Shown: positions 44,190 to 53,837 of the stretch, one piece after another
How the letters are laid out: each line of letters begins with the position of its first letter
Position numbering within the stretch: position 1 is the first letter of the stretch
Virus record (IMG/VR): IMGVR_UViG_3300003323_000790
Span: 1-64,000 of that record
Length of the DNA: 64,000 nucleotides
Reading direction: 5' to 3' (one strand)
Origin: a virus
Notes under the pieces: model-generated
Databases searched by the model: none
What the model saw: the letters and a program-made list of their open reading frames with translations, nothing else
What the model was told of the DNA's origin: nothing
Made by a program: the position numbers and the translations under genes

Positions 44190-46369
44190 AAAAAGTCCGC
44201 CTGCAAAACTTCGGCCGGCACGCTGACCTGACCGTCAACTTCACTGAAGGCGTCAACGCCATCCGTGGCTCCAATGAAGCAGGCAAGTCCACGGTGCTTC
44301 AGGCTATCGGCTACGCCCTGTTCGGCGCCAGCGCGCTGTCGCGGCCGATCGACCGCGTCGTCACCTACGGCGTGCCGGTCTCCAAGCTCCGCGTCGAGCT
44401 GGACTTCGAGTACCTGGGCATCGAATACAGCCTGTACCGGGCCAAGTCCGGCGCCGAGCTGACCTTCTTGGGCGAGCGCATCACCGGCCAGACCGAGGTC
44501 ACCAAGTACGTCGAGAAGCTGTTCAAGGCCGACGCCAAGATGGCCGGCCAGCTGATGATCGCCGCCCAGAAGAAGCTGGCCGGCGAGATGACCACGGGCA
44601 GCGTCGGCGCGGCGCGCCTGATCGAGGCCTTGGCCGACTTCGATCTGCTGGACGTGATCAAGGACTTGATCCAGGAGCACCTGCCGAGCGGGAATACAGC
44701 CAGCTTGGAGGGGCGCATTGCCACGCTAACAGCACAGGCCGAGCCAACTGCCTTGGAGGACGTGGCGCCGCTGCAGGAAGCTTTCCAAGCGGCTGCCGCA
44801 GCGCATGCGAAGGCAGCCGAGGCCGTGCAAGATGTGCGCTCGCAGCTGACTGACCTGCGTGCCAAAGATCCAGCCAAGGTACTGGCCGAGCTGAAGGCGG
44901 CGCGCGCGGCCGAAAGCAATTTGCGTGCCAAGGTCGAGGACCTGAAGGCCCGCGCCGCCGTGCCGACACCGGCGGCACCGTCCGACGCCGAGATGGATAA
45001 GCTGATCGCCGCGCACGAGGCGTCGAAGCGTGTGACGACGGCGCTGGTGCTGCACACCGAGCTGCAGGCGGCCGACACCACGATGCTGTGGGACGAGCCG
45101 CGCGCGGCGCTGGACGCCGAAGTGCTGGCGGCTCGTGCGCGCTTGGAGGCGCTGTCCGCTCGTGAGGCCGAGCAGGCTTGGACCAACCGGAACATCGCAG
45201 GCAGCAACCATATCCGCGATCTGCAGGAAGCGATCAAACTGGCCAAGATGAAGATCATCCAGGACAACACCTGCGCGTTCTGCCAGAAAGACCTGACCGA
45301 CGTGCCCGAGGTGGTGAAGATCAATACCGACGCTGCGCGTGAGATCCAGCTGCTCGAAGAGCAGCTAGCCGCGTTCAAAGCCACGCTGACCCTTGAGCTG
45401 GACGCTCTGCAGAAAAAGCTAGCGGAGGTCAATTCTAAGATCCTCGAACAGCTGGAAGAGTGCAAGGCACTGGACAACGTGGTCAAGGTAGCCGACCGCC
45501 TGGCACCGCTCTACGCCAAGGCAGCCGAATACATCGAGCTGGATGAGAGCGTGGTGCCTGCGCAGTGGAAGTGGATCGGTCCGACGTCCGGCAACACCGA
45601 CGCCGCCGAGAAGCGTTTCGCCGCCGAGAAGGCGCGCCGTGAGGCGGAAGCGCACCGCGGCGCTGTGGCCGAGGCCCAGCGCCAACTGACCGCCGTGCAG
45701 GGCGAGCTGGCCGAGGTCGCCACGCAGGTGGCCGCCCTGGCCGAGAAGGAAGACGAAGCTGAGATGCAAATGTCTCTGCTGGCCGACTTGGCTGACAAAG
45801 AGGATACGTTAAGGCTCCTGCATACCACTGCCAACGTGGCAATGGTCGAGGCTCAGCGAGCGCTCCAGCGTGCCGAAGTGAGCAACGCCGCCGTCGTGAA
45901 GGCGATGGGGCTGGCCAAGGAGCAGCTCGCCGCCGCCCACACCGAGCTGGCCGAGACCCAGGCCAACAACCTGCTGGTGAAGAAAGTCGCGGCCGCGCGC
46001 CCGACGATTACCGATAAGCTGTGGAATATGGTGCTCGGCGCCGCGTCGACCTACCTGTCGGCCATGCGCGGCGAGGTGTCGGCCATCACGCGCGCCGACG
46101 GCGAGTTCCTCGTCAATGGTCGGCCGGCCAGCGACCTGTCCGGCTCCGGCGAGGATTGCTTTGGCCTGGCTTTGCGTGTAGCCTTGACCCGGACTTTCAT
46201 TCCGACGGCGCCGTTCCTGATCTTGGACGAGCCTGCGGCGGCGTGCAGCGCGGAGCGTGAGGTGGCGATGCTGGGCCAGATCGCCGCGCTGGGCTTCGAT
46301 CAGACCATCGTGATCACCCACTCGGACCTGTGCGAAAGCTTCGCCAACAACCTGATCATCATTGAATAA
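44183..46369 (+). CDS. SbcC/Rad50-like ATPase
   Basis: GSNEAGKS, CAFC zinc hook in coiled coil, LSGSG signature, ILDEP, ITH. Confidence 0.9.
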   Translation: MLKKVRLQNFGRHADLTVNFTEGVNAIRGSNEAGKSTVLQAIGYALFGASALSRPIDRVVTYGVPVSKLRVELDFEYLGIEYSLYRAKSGAELTFLGERITGQTEVTKYVEKLFKADAKMAGQLMIAAQKKLAGEMTTGSVGAARLIEALADFDLLDVIKDLIQEHLPSGNTASLEGRIATLTAQAEPTALEDVAPLQEAFQAAAAAHAKAAEAVQDVRSQLTDLRAKDPAKVLAELKAARAAESNLRAKVEDLKARAAVPTPAAPSDAEMDKLIAAHEASKRVTTALVLHTELQAADTTMLWDEPRAALDAEVLAARARLEALSAREAEQAWTNRNIAGSNHIRDLQEAIKLAKMKIIQDNTCAFCQKDLTDVPEVVKINTDAAREIQLLEEQLAAFKATLTLELDALQKKLAEVNSKILEQLEECKALDNVVKVADRLAPLYAKAAEYIELDESVVPAQWKWIGPTSGNTDAAEKRFAAEKARREAEAHRGAVAEAQRQLTAVQGELAEVATQVAALAEKEDEAEMQMSLLADLADKEDTLRLLHTTANVAMVEAQRALQRAEVSNAAVVKAMGLAKEQLAAAHTELAETQANNLLVKKVAAARPTITDKLWNMVLGAASTYLSAMRGEVSAITRADGEFLVNGRPASDLSGSGEDCFGLALRVALTRTFIPTAPFLILDEPAAACSAEREVAMLGQIAALGFDQTIVITHSDLCESFANNLIIIE

Positions 46370-46380
46370 GGAGTAACATC

Positions 46381-46581
46381 ATGTACGTCAATCTGGAGTC
46401 GCTGGTCAATAAATTCGCCCTGGACGAAATGGCCGTGCGGCGCGCCATGTCCAAGGGTCAGCTGATCCGCGGGGAGCATTTCTCGTCGGAGAACGGCACG
46501 ACGACCGTTTTCGATGAAAGCAAGGCTGTTGAGCGTCTGAAGGAGCTCAACATCCTGAAAGCGCCAGACCGTCTGGCGTGA
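46381..46581 (+). CDS. small putative DNA-binding protein
   Basis: TAAGGAG SD, 66 aa. Confidence 0.6.
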   Translation: MYVNLESLVNKFALDEMAVRRAMSKGQLIRGEHFSSENGTTTVFDESKAVERLKELNILKAPDRLA

Positions 46582-46625
46582 CCGTTGCGGCTCCGGTTGA
46601 GCCGTATTTTCTATGGAGTATTACC

Positions 46626-46916
46626 ATGAGCTATTCGTTCCGCGTCCAAGGTGCCGACAAACGCGCCGCCGCTGCCTTGGCGGAGGAGAAATTCGATGAA
46701 GTGATCGCCAACCAAGCAGTGCACGCGCGAGACAAGGACGCTGTCATGTCCAACATCGACGCCGTGCTGGCCCTGCTGGCCGACGACGACACCAAGGACG
46801 TTGCGATCAACGTCAATGGCTACGTCAGTTGGCTGAATCCGCCTGATCAGGAGCCTGTGTTCAGCTCCGTCTCCGTGTGCGCCTCGGCCGGACACATCGA
46901 ACGGATGGTGAAGTAA
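46626..46916 (+). CDS. hypothetical protein
   Basis: GGAG SD before MSYSFRV. Confidence 0.7.
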   Translation: MSYSFRVQGADKRAAAALAEEKFDEVIANQAVHARDKDAVMSNIDAVLALLADDDTKDVAINVNGYVSWLNPPDQEPVFSSVSVCASAGHIERMVK

Positions 46917-46919
46917 TAA

Positions 46920-46943
46920 CAGCCTGCCCTCAGCGGCAGGCTG
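46920..46943. terminator. hairpin at convergence of replication and late operons
   Basis: CAGCCTGCC/GGCAGGCTG; weak U-tracts. Confidence 0.5.
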
Positions 46944-47484
46944 CTTCTATTGTGCGGTAGTGGGCAAGGAGGTCGTTGAAAGCTTGCACGTCTCCTGCAC
47001 TGTCTCCGGCGATGCGGAGAATAGCTGCAGCAACCTCTGGCATGATGTCGGCTGTTTTGGCTGGCTCAGCGTGATGGGCAGTTGCGGCAGTGTCACCTTC
47101 GGCTGATCCAGCAACCTCACTGGCTGGATATCGGACTTCGACGCGCAGGCGCTCAACGCCAGACAGCACAGCAGCAGTGTGTTTTTCCAAGGTAAGCTCA
47201 TGATCTTTCTCCCATTTCGCGGACTGCGCCGCCAGTTTCGCATCCTCTTCGGCCAGGGCCTTCTGCCTGGCCAATGCCGCCTCCAGCTTCTTCGTGTAGG
47301 CCGCCTCGGCCGCCGCGCTGATGGCCTTTTCCTTCGCCGCCCACTCCGCCGTCACCTCGGTGCGCACGCGTGCTTCGATCTTCCCCTCCCACCAGAAATA
47401 CCCACCGACCAGCGCGGCCAGTGCGAGCAAGCTCAGCAGCGGTCGGCGCCAACGTACAAACAGTTCCAGAGCAGCGAGCATCAC
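46930..47484 (-). CDS. Rz: inner-membrane spanin
   Basis: N-terminal TM helix, coiled coil, downstream of endolysin. Confidence 0.85.
   Translation of the reverse strand: MMLAALELFVRWRRPLLSLLALAALVGGYFWWEGKIEARVRTEVTAEWAAKEKAISAAAEAAYTKKLEAALARQKALAEEDAKLAAQSAKWEKDHELTLEKHTAAVLSGVERLRVEVRYPASEVAGSAEGDTAATAHHAEPAKTADIMPEVAAAILRIAGDSAGDVQAFNDLLAHYRTIEAACR
46947..47201 (-). CDS. Rz1: outer-membrane spanin lipoprotein embedded in Rz
   Basis: MSLPWKNTLLLCCLALSAC lipobox; Pro-rich; alternative frame within Rz. Confidence 0.8.
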   Translation of the reverse strand: MSLPWKNTLLLCCLALSACASKSDIQPVRLLDQPKVTLPQLPITLSQPKQPTSCQRLLQLFSASPETVQETCKLSTTSLPTTAQ

Positions 47485-48086
47485 AGCACCTGTAAGGCAA
47501 GGTTGCGGATAGCGAGGCGCTTGGCGTAGCCAAGGCTGTCACCTACCTTTTCAGTCTTCCTGCCGAGGTTGACCAGATCGCACTGCTTGTCGAAGTCGGC
47601 CACGGCCGCGCTGATGTTGCGCGCCTTCCAGAAGTCACCGGCGCTCCAGATCGCTCCGCCTGGCGTACGGATCCAGTCCGCAAACTGCTCGACCGGCATG
47701 CCGCGTCGGCGCGCGCCAGCTTCATAGTTCGCCTTGAACGTCAGCTGGATACCGCCGCCGCCGCGATACTTATAGCCCTCGGCCGGGCCATTACCGTACC
47801 GGCCGCCGTAAATGGTATTGCCGATGGCGACCGGATTGCCGGCCAGCGCAGCGGCACTAGCCGGCGTGAAGCGCGTCGGGAATACCTCCAGCAGCCGCTG
47901 CGCAGAGTAGTTCAGGTTCTCGCTCAGCTGGGTCAACTCCGCTGTCTCGGCGCCGACGTTGCCCAAGAAGGCTGCCTGATCCGCCTTGCTCGTGATGCCG
48001 AACTCGGCAAAGCAGGCGTTGAGCAGGGGTGTAAAAATAGCCGCGTCGCAACGCGGCATGATCTTTTTGAGCTGCTCCGGGGTCAT
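47481..48086 (-). CDS. GH19 (chitinase-like) endolysin
   Basis: AAFLGNVGAET...ENLNYS...YKYRGGGGIQLT..NY. Confidence 0.9.
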   Translation of the reverse strand: MTPEQLKKIMPRCDAAIFTPLLNACFAEFGITSKADQAAFLGNVGAETAELTQLSENLNYSAQRLLEVFPTRFTPASAAALAGNPVAIGNTIYGGRYGNGPAEGYKYRGGGGIQLTFKANYEAGARRRGMPVEQFADWIRTPGGAIWSAGDFWKARNISAAVADFDKQCDLVNLGRKTEKVGDSLGYAKRLAIRNLALQVL

Positions 48087-48316
48087 TTTGCTTCCTCGTC
48101 AGGTTTCTCTGGCAGGACGTTCGGCTGCGCGATGACGCGGCCCAAGATGCCGGCAACAAAAGTTGCCAAGGCGGCATACTGCACCCATTCTGGGGGGATC
48201 GCTGATTTGAACTCTTGCGGCAGCGCCAAGTAGCCGGCGGTTACCGAAGCGCCGACGGCGCTTAGCTGAACGGACAGCAACTTCCACGAGAGGTGCCAGT
48301 TATCAATTAGTTTCAT
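48083..48316 (-). CDS. holin
   Basis: 77 aa, two TM helices, MKLIDNW..SWKLLSVQ...GRVIAQ, adjacent to endolysin. Confidence 0.75.
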   Translation of the reverse strand: MKLIDNWHLSWKLLSVQLSAVGASVTAGYLALPQEFKSAIPPEWVQYAALATFVAGILGRVIAQPNVLPEKPDEEAK

Positions 48317-48684
48317 GATTGGGTCCGGTCCCGCACGATGGCGATAAGTTGCTGCATATTCTGCGACAAGTTGGCATTGGCGGCGAGCATTTCTTTTCTC
48401 AGCTCGGAAACACTTACCTGAACTTGGCTGATCTGTCCCTGCAGGGCGTCGATCTCGCGATCCTGTCGACGATGGATCTCAGCCAGCTGCTCGCGGAATT
48501 GGGCGCGCAGCTCACGGATCTCTTCTCGATGCAGCTCCTTGACCTCAGCCAGAGCTTCTGTAGAGGCCTTTTTCTCCAAGGCCAGCTCATACCTCTTGGA
48601 CTCCTGGCGCAGCAGGCCCCAGATCACTAACAGGAGAGCCCCGGCCACAGAGAGTGCATAGACCAGCATTTGACTTTCAGACAT
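48313..48684 (-). CDS. single-TM coiled-coil lysis-associated protein
   Basis: N-terminal TM followed by coiled coil; within lysis cassette. Confidence 0.65.
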   Translation of the reverse strand: MSESQMLVYALSVAGALLLVIWGLLRQESKRYELALEKKASTEALAEVKELHREEIRELRAQFREQLAEIHRRQDREIDALQGQISQVQVSVSELRKEMLAANANLSQNMQQLIAIVRDRTQS

Positions 48685-49111
48685 GACCGGCCTCTTTCAT
48701 AAAGCGGCGCATGGTACGCCTTTGTTGTATTTTCGTGACACTATCGGACAGCACGATGCAGACTAACAACTGAGCTGTCTCGAACATAGGCTGGGTGATT
48801 TTGTAGACGCCGAGACCTTCGGAAGGGCCAAAGATGGCACCGAAAATATGCCCGGCAGACAGGAATGCGGACAGCACAGCTACCCAGCAGCTGGCGCGCA
48901 CTTGGAGGGCAATTGCCAGAACCATGAGCACTAGCTCGATTACCAGCCACTCTACATACCAAATCCAAGTGGGCCAGACCCATGGGAGTTCGGTCAGCAG
49001 AACGGCAGCGACGCTGCCGGACAAGAGCATACCGCGCCCGCAGGCGCGATTGAGCCACAGGGCTGCGCAGAGCAGCACCACATAGGCAATGTGCAGCCCT
49101 GTGTAAAACAT
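48677..49111 (-). CDS. multi-pass membrane protein
   Basis: About five hydrophobic segments, basic C-terminal tail. Confidence 0.7.
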   Translation of the reverse strand: MFYTGLHIAYVVLLCAALWLNRACGRGMLLSGSVAAVLLTELPWVWPTWIWYVEWLVIELVLMVLAIALQVRASCWVAVLSAFLSAGHIFGAIFGPSEGLGVYKITQPMFETAQLLVCIVLSDSVTKIQQRRTMRRFMKEAGHV

Positions 49112-49114
49112 GGC

Positions 49115-49189
49115 TTACTGCGACGGCGGTTTTGGTGGGGTTGGTGGCGGCTCGTTACCGTTACCGCCCAGGCAGATAAATGGGTTCAT
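49115..49189 (-). CDS. 24-aa Gly/Pro-rich peptide (not in ORF track)
   Basis: GGAGAG SD; MNPFICLGGNGNEPPPTPPKPPSQ*; stop 3 nt before next ATG. Confidence 0.6.
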   Translation of the reverse strand: MNPFICLGGNGNEPPPTPPKPPSQ

Positions 49190-49190
49190 T

Positions 49191-49251
49191 TTGCTCTCCA
49201 GAAATTGACTATCTGGAGAGCAATTCTACTAGGAAACGAACTCAGCAGCAA
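49191..49251 (-). promoter_or_regulatory. promoter plus RBS-sequestering hairpin for lysis cassette
   Basis: TTGCTG-N17-TAGAAT; 12-bp inverted repeat 49191-49202/49212-49223. Confidence 0.6.
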
Positions 49252-49254
49252 ATT

Positions 49255-51444
49255 TTATGCCAGGTGCAGGCACTGAATCGTCAGGGTTGCGGATGGGTTA
49301 GGGCCGGCGGCGGCCCAAACCGTATCTTGGTAGTTCGCACTGACATTCAACGCGCGGCTGTTGGCTGCCGTGTTGATCAGTCGTACAGGGATCGACGTCG
49401 GCTCGGCCCAGCCATAGTTGCTGTACTGCAAGGAGGGCTTGGCGCCGTCAAGTACGGTCAATGCCCGTGCTGTGCTGCGCAACAGATTACGCGGCTTCGT
49501 GGCCTTGATGTCCGAGTTGTCCAGCGGCGTAGCCGTCTGAGCGTATGTAGCTGCTCCTGGCATCCTCCAGTCATCCGGGTAGGTGCCAAATCCATAAGAC
49601 GGAGCAACCATGGTCACTTCCGTTGCCGTAGCAAGTTGCCAGCGTCCATCGTTGACATATACGGCAGTTGCAGCCGCATCGGTGTAGACCAGGGCGCTGG
49701 CGTTACCTGTCGGGATGCCGCTGAGGAAGCCGACCGACCAGAATTCGGTGACCGGCCGCGAGGATACCGTGCCCGTTACGGCGATGTAGAAGGGTGAGCC
49801 GGCGAGGTCGGCATTGCCGCCCCCGTAAGCTGCCGTAAGCGAAGTGACCGTACCTTGGAACACCACCGAAGTAGAGAATGCCGCGGCGGGTGCGGCACTT
49901 ACTGTCAGGGCGGCCACACGCACCGTCGTATTGACGAGCATCACTGCCCACAGCGCATTACTGCTGTCGTAGCGCACTGCCAGATAGGTAACAGCCGTGG
50001 TCGTTGCGGTCGCTACGGTTCCCAGCGTCAGCGCGCCGCCCGCTCCAACGGTATAAGGGCGAGCGGCGATCTGCGTTGCACTGGCCGCCAGCAATAGAGT
50101 AACCACATTGTCGCTGGTGCGTGGGAGCTGCGTAACGACAGACGAAACGATAGTGTTGGTCACTGCCGTCCCGGCGACAAGGGTGGCGCCGGAGATTTCC
50201 AGCCCATACGAAACGCAGCTGGTAGCCGAGGTCAGGCCGGTAATCATAAAACGCCCCGATCCCAGGCCGGCCGGAACCATGTCCTGGATCTTCGTCCAAG
50301 CGGTGCCGAGCGTAATGGAGAGCGGAGTGCCTAGTGTGATGGTACTCGCCGCGATGGTCAGGCGCACCACTTGCAGCGCCGTGCCATTGACCGAGGCCAC
50401 GATCACATCGTTCGATCCGTCATTCACCATGCAGGCGTAGACGCTGCCGTCGTCGCCGGCGGCGACTAGACCAGTGCGAATTTGTGCCGGCGACTGCAAT
50501 GTCGCCGGGAAATTAGCCGGGTCGTACAGTACTGCATGCAGGCTGGCTCCGTGCACAAGCACCAGTTGCGTGGAACCGGTCAGCAGCAGTGATTTGGTGT
50601 ACAGGCCGCCGGTCCCGGCCACAGCCGAAGAGAATGTGACCTTATCCATCATGACCGTACCGTACGGGCGCGTTTCCCCTGAAATGTCCCACTCTGCCGT
50701 GCCGCCATTCAACTCGGCTTGGCGGTCCGGAGGCAGATAGCAATCGGTGCCGGAGAATGCGTTGATGGCCACGTCATAGCCATAGCCATACCCGCCAGGA
50801 CCTGCTTGGTTACGCAGTGAAAAGACATTCGGCCCCTGTTGCTGAGTAGCTGCCGCGGTAACGGAGAAGGCCGCGCCGGCGCCTGCCGGCTTATTGACCT
50901 GATATCTATTGCTTGTGGTGCCCACCAGCATCACTGCGCTGGACGAGGTGACTTGGCCTGTGTCGGGTACGCCGGGCGCCGAGGCACTGATGGTCCAAGT
51001 GCTCGACGCGCCGGTGCCGCGTGCGCGAGTAACCGCCACGGTCGTGGAGCCGGTGCCAGAGTTGTAAGCCGTGATGGGGCCGTTCATCCAGCGCGTCGAG
51101 GGCGTAGTGGTGTCCGCGACGGTAACCCACATGCCAACCACCCAAGTCTTGCCGGTCTGGGAAGTGAATGTTTTGCTGGCCACCGATGGCGTCAGGCTAG
51201 TCGTAGACGTGCCGTTGGTATTCGGCGTGGCGATGGCCGAAGCAGCAGATGCCGCCGCATTGGCGGCAGCAGCATTTGCGGAGGCCAAAGTGGCATCCGC
51301 GTATGCCCGGTCTGCATTGGTCTCGACCATGATGTCCGATAGCATCGGCAACAGGCGAACGCGAAAACCGCCGTTCCCCATGCCGGTGACTGGATCGTCA
51401 TCGTCGGTATAAGTATGGCCATTGGCGATAACAGTGGTGGTCAT
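49255..51444 (-). CDS. tail fiber / receptor-binding protein
   Basis: Thr/Ala/Gly-rich, beta-rich, last gene of tail module. Confidence 0.75.
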   Translation of the reverse strand: MTTTVIANGHTYTDDDDPVTGMGNGGFRVRLLPMLSDIMVETNADRAYADATLASANAAAANAAASAASAIATPNTNGTSTTSLTPSVASKTFTSQTGKTWVVGMWVTVADTTTPSTRWMNGPITAYNSGTGSTTVAVTRARGTGASSTWTISASAPGVPDTGQVTSSSAVMLVGTTSNRYQVNKPAGAGAAFSVTAAATQQQGPNVFSLRNQAGPGGYGYGYDVAINAFSGTDCYLPPDRQAELNGGTAEWDISGETRPYGTVMMDKVTFSSAVAGTGGLYTKSLLLTGSTQLVLVHGASLHAVLYDPANFPATLQSPAQIRTGLVAAGDDGSVYACMVNDGSNDVIVASVNGTALQVVRLTIAASTITLGTPLSITLGTAWTKIQDMVPAGLGSGRFMITGLTSATSCVSYGLEISGATLVAGTAVTNTIVSSVVTQLPRTSDNVVTLLLAASATQIAARPYTVGAGGALTLGTVATATTTAVTYLAVRYDSSNALWAVMLVNTTVRVAALTVSAAPAAAFSTSVVFQGTVTSLTAAYGGGNADLAGSPFYIAVTGTVSSRPVTEFWSVGFLSGIPTGNASALVYTDAAATAVYVNDGRWQLATATEVTMVAPSYGFGTYPDDWRMPGAATYAQTATPLDNSDIKATKPRNLLRSTARALTVLDGAKPSLQYSNYGWAEPTSIPVRLINTAANSRALNVSANYQDTVWAAAGPNPSATLTIQCLHLA

Positions 51445-52295
51445 AGCAGTTCCTTAATTTCGTAAGCCTTGGAATTTGTGTTGTAGTAAGGATACTTGAT
51501 AGGGCTCAACTGCCGCAAGCGGCCGAGGAATCGCCGCCGGTATTGGTGCGTGGTGTCCGCAGTGTCCTGCACCCACAGCACCTCTTGATCGATACCTGCT
51601 TGACGATCCATATCAAATGCGCGCGAGAGTGCCTCATCCACTCCCATGTAGTCCAAGGTGAACCTGGTCGACCGGAATGACAGCCGACGATCAAACGTCT
51701 CGGCGCCGCCGAGCGCTTCTTGTACATCGGTCGTCGTCTCCCAGCCCAGCTCCAAGTCGAAGCTAGGATTCTTGCTCGGCACCCAGCCGGGGCCGAAAAA
51801 GACCCGCCCAGCTTGAATGTAGCCGGCGGAATTATTCGTATCGTCCACCTCTAATTTCCAGTATCGCGAGTACTTGACACTAGGCAGAAGAATAATCAGG
51901 TTGCGGTAGCTGCCAGCCAAGTCCTCTTCAAGATACTTACCGGACCACCAACGATCGTCTTCCCATTCCAGCACTGGGTAGGGGTAGATGACTGGCCACA
52001 CATCGACCCAACCGCTGTCATAATCCGTGGTGGTGAACGTCGAATCGTCGCTACCTCGCAAACGGTATTTCCCGGCCGTGGAGATGTTGTTGTTCACCAA
52101 GGCAAATACCTGGACCTGTCGCTGCCGCCCAAAATCAAGAGAAAATTGCGTGCTGGTTAAGGCAGCATTCGTACTGCGCGCGACCCTCCCGATGGTGCGT
52201 TGCTGCAGGTTGGTGACCGGCAAGGAAGAGCGCCACGATCCTCCAGAGAGGGTTGCGGTATCGATTCGGTTCGGGAAGCCGATCATGCAGCTCAT
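51441..52295 (-). CDS. tail tip protein
   Basis: Position in tail module; SRYWKLEVDD..N..GYIQAGR pattern. Confidence 0.7.
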   Translation of the reverse strand: MSCMIGFPNRIDTATLSGGSWRSSLPVTNLQQRTIGRVARSTNAALTSTQFSLDFGRQRQVQVFALVNNNISTAGKYRLRGSDDSTFTTTDYDSGWVDVWPVIYPYPVLEWEDDRWWSGKYLEEDLAGSYRNLIILLPSVKYSRYWKLEVDDTNNSAGYIQAGRVFFGPGWVPSKNPSFDLELGWETTTDVQEALGGAETFDRRLSFRSTRFTLDYMGVDEALSRAFDMDRQAGIDQEVLWVQDTADTTHQYRRRFLGRLRQLSPIKYPYYNTNSKAYEIKELL

Positions 52296-52296
52296 A

Positions 52297-53829
52297 TCAT
52301 CCCCATAAGCTAAGCGTCACTTGATAAGATTTCAGCTGATAGGAAATACCGATCAGTCGAAATAGTTTACCAGAGGACATACCATAACGGTCGATTAACA
52401 GCTCGACCACGTCCATGAAGTTCATGGCCGCCGGCAGGAGGCTGATAGGGATCGTTACCTCAAAAATGTCTCGCCGGGGGTTGTAGAGCTGATACTGCCG
52501 GAACGCTTCCGCAGTGGCGTCAGCTTGCTGTGTGAACAAGCTCTCCACCTCCAGCTTCGTGGCCAGCTTATGCAGTTGCTTGGCTGTAGCATCTTGGTAG
52601 GCCGCTGTGCGGAAGTCCTGCGCAAGATAGGCCTTAAACGCCGCCTGCGCGCCGGCGGCACCCGCAATATCAGTCTGCACCGTCCAGACCTTGGCGTATT
52701 TGAGGCTGACCCACCAAACGGGGATATTGTTGTCATACGCCGACAGCCGCTGGATCGAATTCGCCACGTCGAAATCCTGCAGCGAAAGCACCGGCGTGCC
52801 TGCCGGGTTGGTGAGGCGCCCCATCCGAAGCAGGCCGGTGCCATCGAACCCAAACCATGCGCCTACCGAGGCGGCCACGGTATCCATAAGACTCAAGTAC
52901 GTTGTGCTGGTATCCTGCACATAAACGCCGATCTCCCCCGGCGCAGCAAGGTCCAGCGCCGCCACGTCCGGCGCGGAGACGCTACCGGGATCTACTCCGG
53001 ACGCCAGGGCGATCGAGCGCAGCACCTGTGCGACGGTACGGGACGTCGGCGTGCCTTGGACCACATCGGCCGTCACTGTGCCTGCAGGGCTGGAGCCCAG
53101 TTGGAACAGGCCCTCTGCCAAGCAGGTATTGTAGCTGCCTGCTGCCGGAGTCGACGCCAGCAAGAGTGCGTTATTGGCGAAATCTGCGCCGAGGGTGAGA
53201 ATGACACCTCGGTCGTACACCAAAATCGACTGCACCGGACCATCATTAACTTGGTGCGTCAGTTTCGAGGTGTTGACTTGTATGGCGCTGATCTGAAAAA
53301 CCGAACCCCAAACGCGCGGCTTGGCTTTGCCGGCGATGTCATTCACCGTGCCGTCGATACCGTTTGGCAGGGCGTTGGTGCCTCCGTAGAGATTTGGCTG
53401 CGCTGGGACCTCCAGCACATACTGTGCGTCTCGCAGGCGCAGGCTCAAGGTGCGCCAGTCGGCTGTGTCAATATTCTCCGCTGTGCCGTTAAACAGGGTC
53501 GTCCATGCGGCCGGGTACGGTGTGCCTGGGTCCCCGGACCGAATCACCACTTTCTGCCCGTCGAACCCGTAATCGAGCAAGTAGTCGAGCGCTCCGTCCG
53601 CATTTGACAAGGTGGTCTCGCCGATCTCCAACTTAACTCCGCCCCCGGTAGTCGTCTGCCCTGACGCATAGGCATGCAGACTGATGCTGCCGGGGTCAAT
53701 CAGGCGTGGTTCAAACGCCACATCCGGCGGCGCGTCTGTCGGGGACGTAACAAACGCCCCGCTACTGAAATACAGCGTAGTTAGGGTGCCGTGAATATCT
53801 GTCGCGGCGGTCAGTTCAAGTACGATCAT
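52297..53829 (-). CDS. baseplate hub / tail tip protein
   Basis: Directly downstream of tape measure; GKAKPRVWG motif. Confidence 0.7.
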   Translation of the reverse strand: MIVLELTAATDIHGTLTTLYFSSGAFVTSPTDAPPDVAFEPRLIDPGSISLHAYASGQTTTGGGVKLEIGETTLSNADGALDYLLDYGFDGQKVVIRSGDPGTPYPAAWTTLFNGTAENIDTADWRTLSLRLRDAQYVLEVPAQPNLYGGTNALPNGIDGTVNDIAGKAKPRVWGSVFQISAIQVNTSKLTHQVNDGPVQSILVYDRGVILTLGADFANNALLLASTPAAGSYNTCLAEGLFQLGSSPAGTVTADVVQGTPTSRTVAQVLRSIALASGVDPGSVSAPDVAALDLAAPGEIGVYVQDTSTTYLSLMDTVAASVGAWFGFDGTGLLRMGRLTNPAGTPVLSLQDFDVANSIQRLSAYDNNIPVWWVSLKYAKVWTVQTDIAGAAGAQAAFKAYLAQDFRTAAYQDATAKQLHKLATKLEVESLFTQQADATAEAFRQYQLYNPRRDIFEVTIPISLLPAAMNFMDVVELLIDRYGMSSGKLFRLIGISYQLKSYQVTLSLWG

Positions 53830-53837
53830 TGGTTGCC

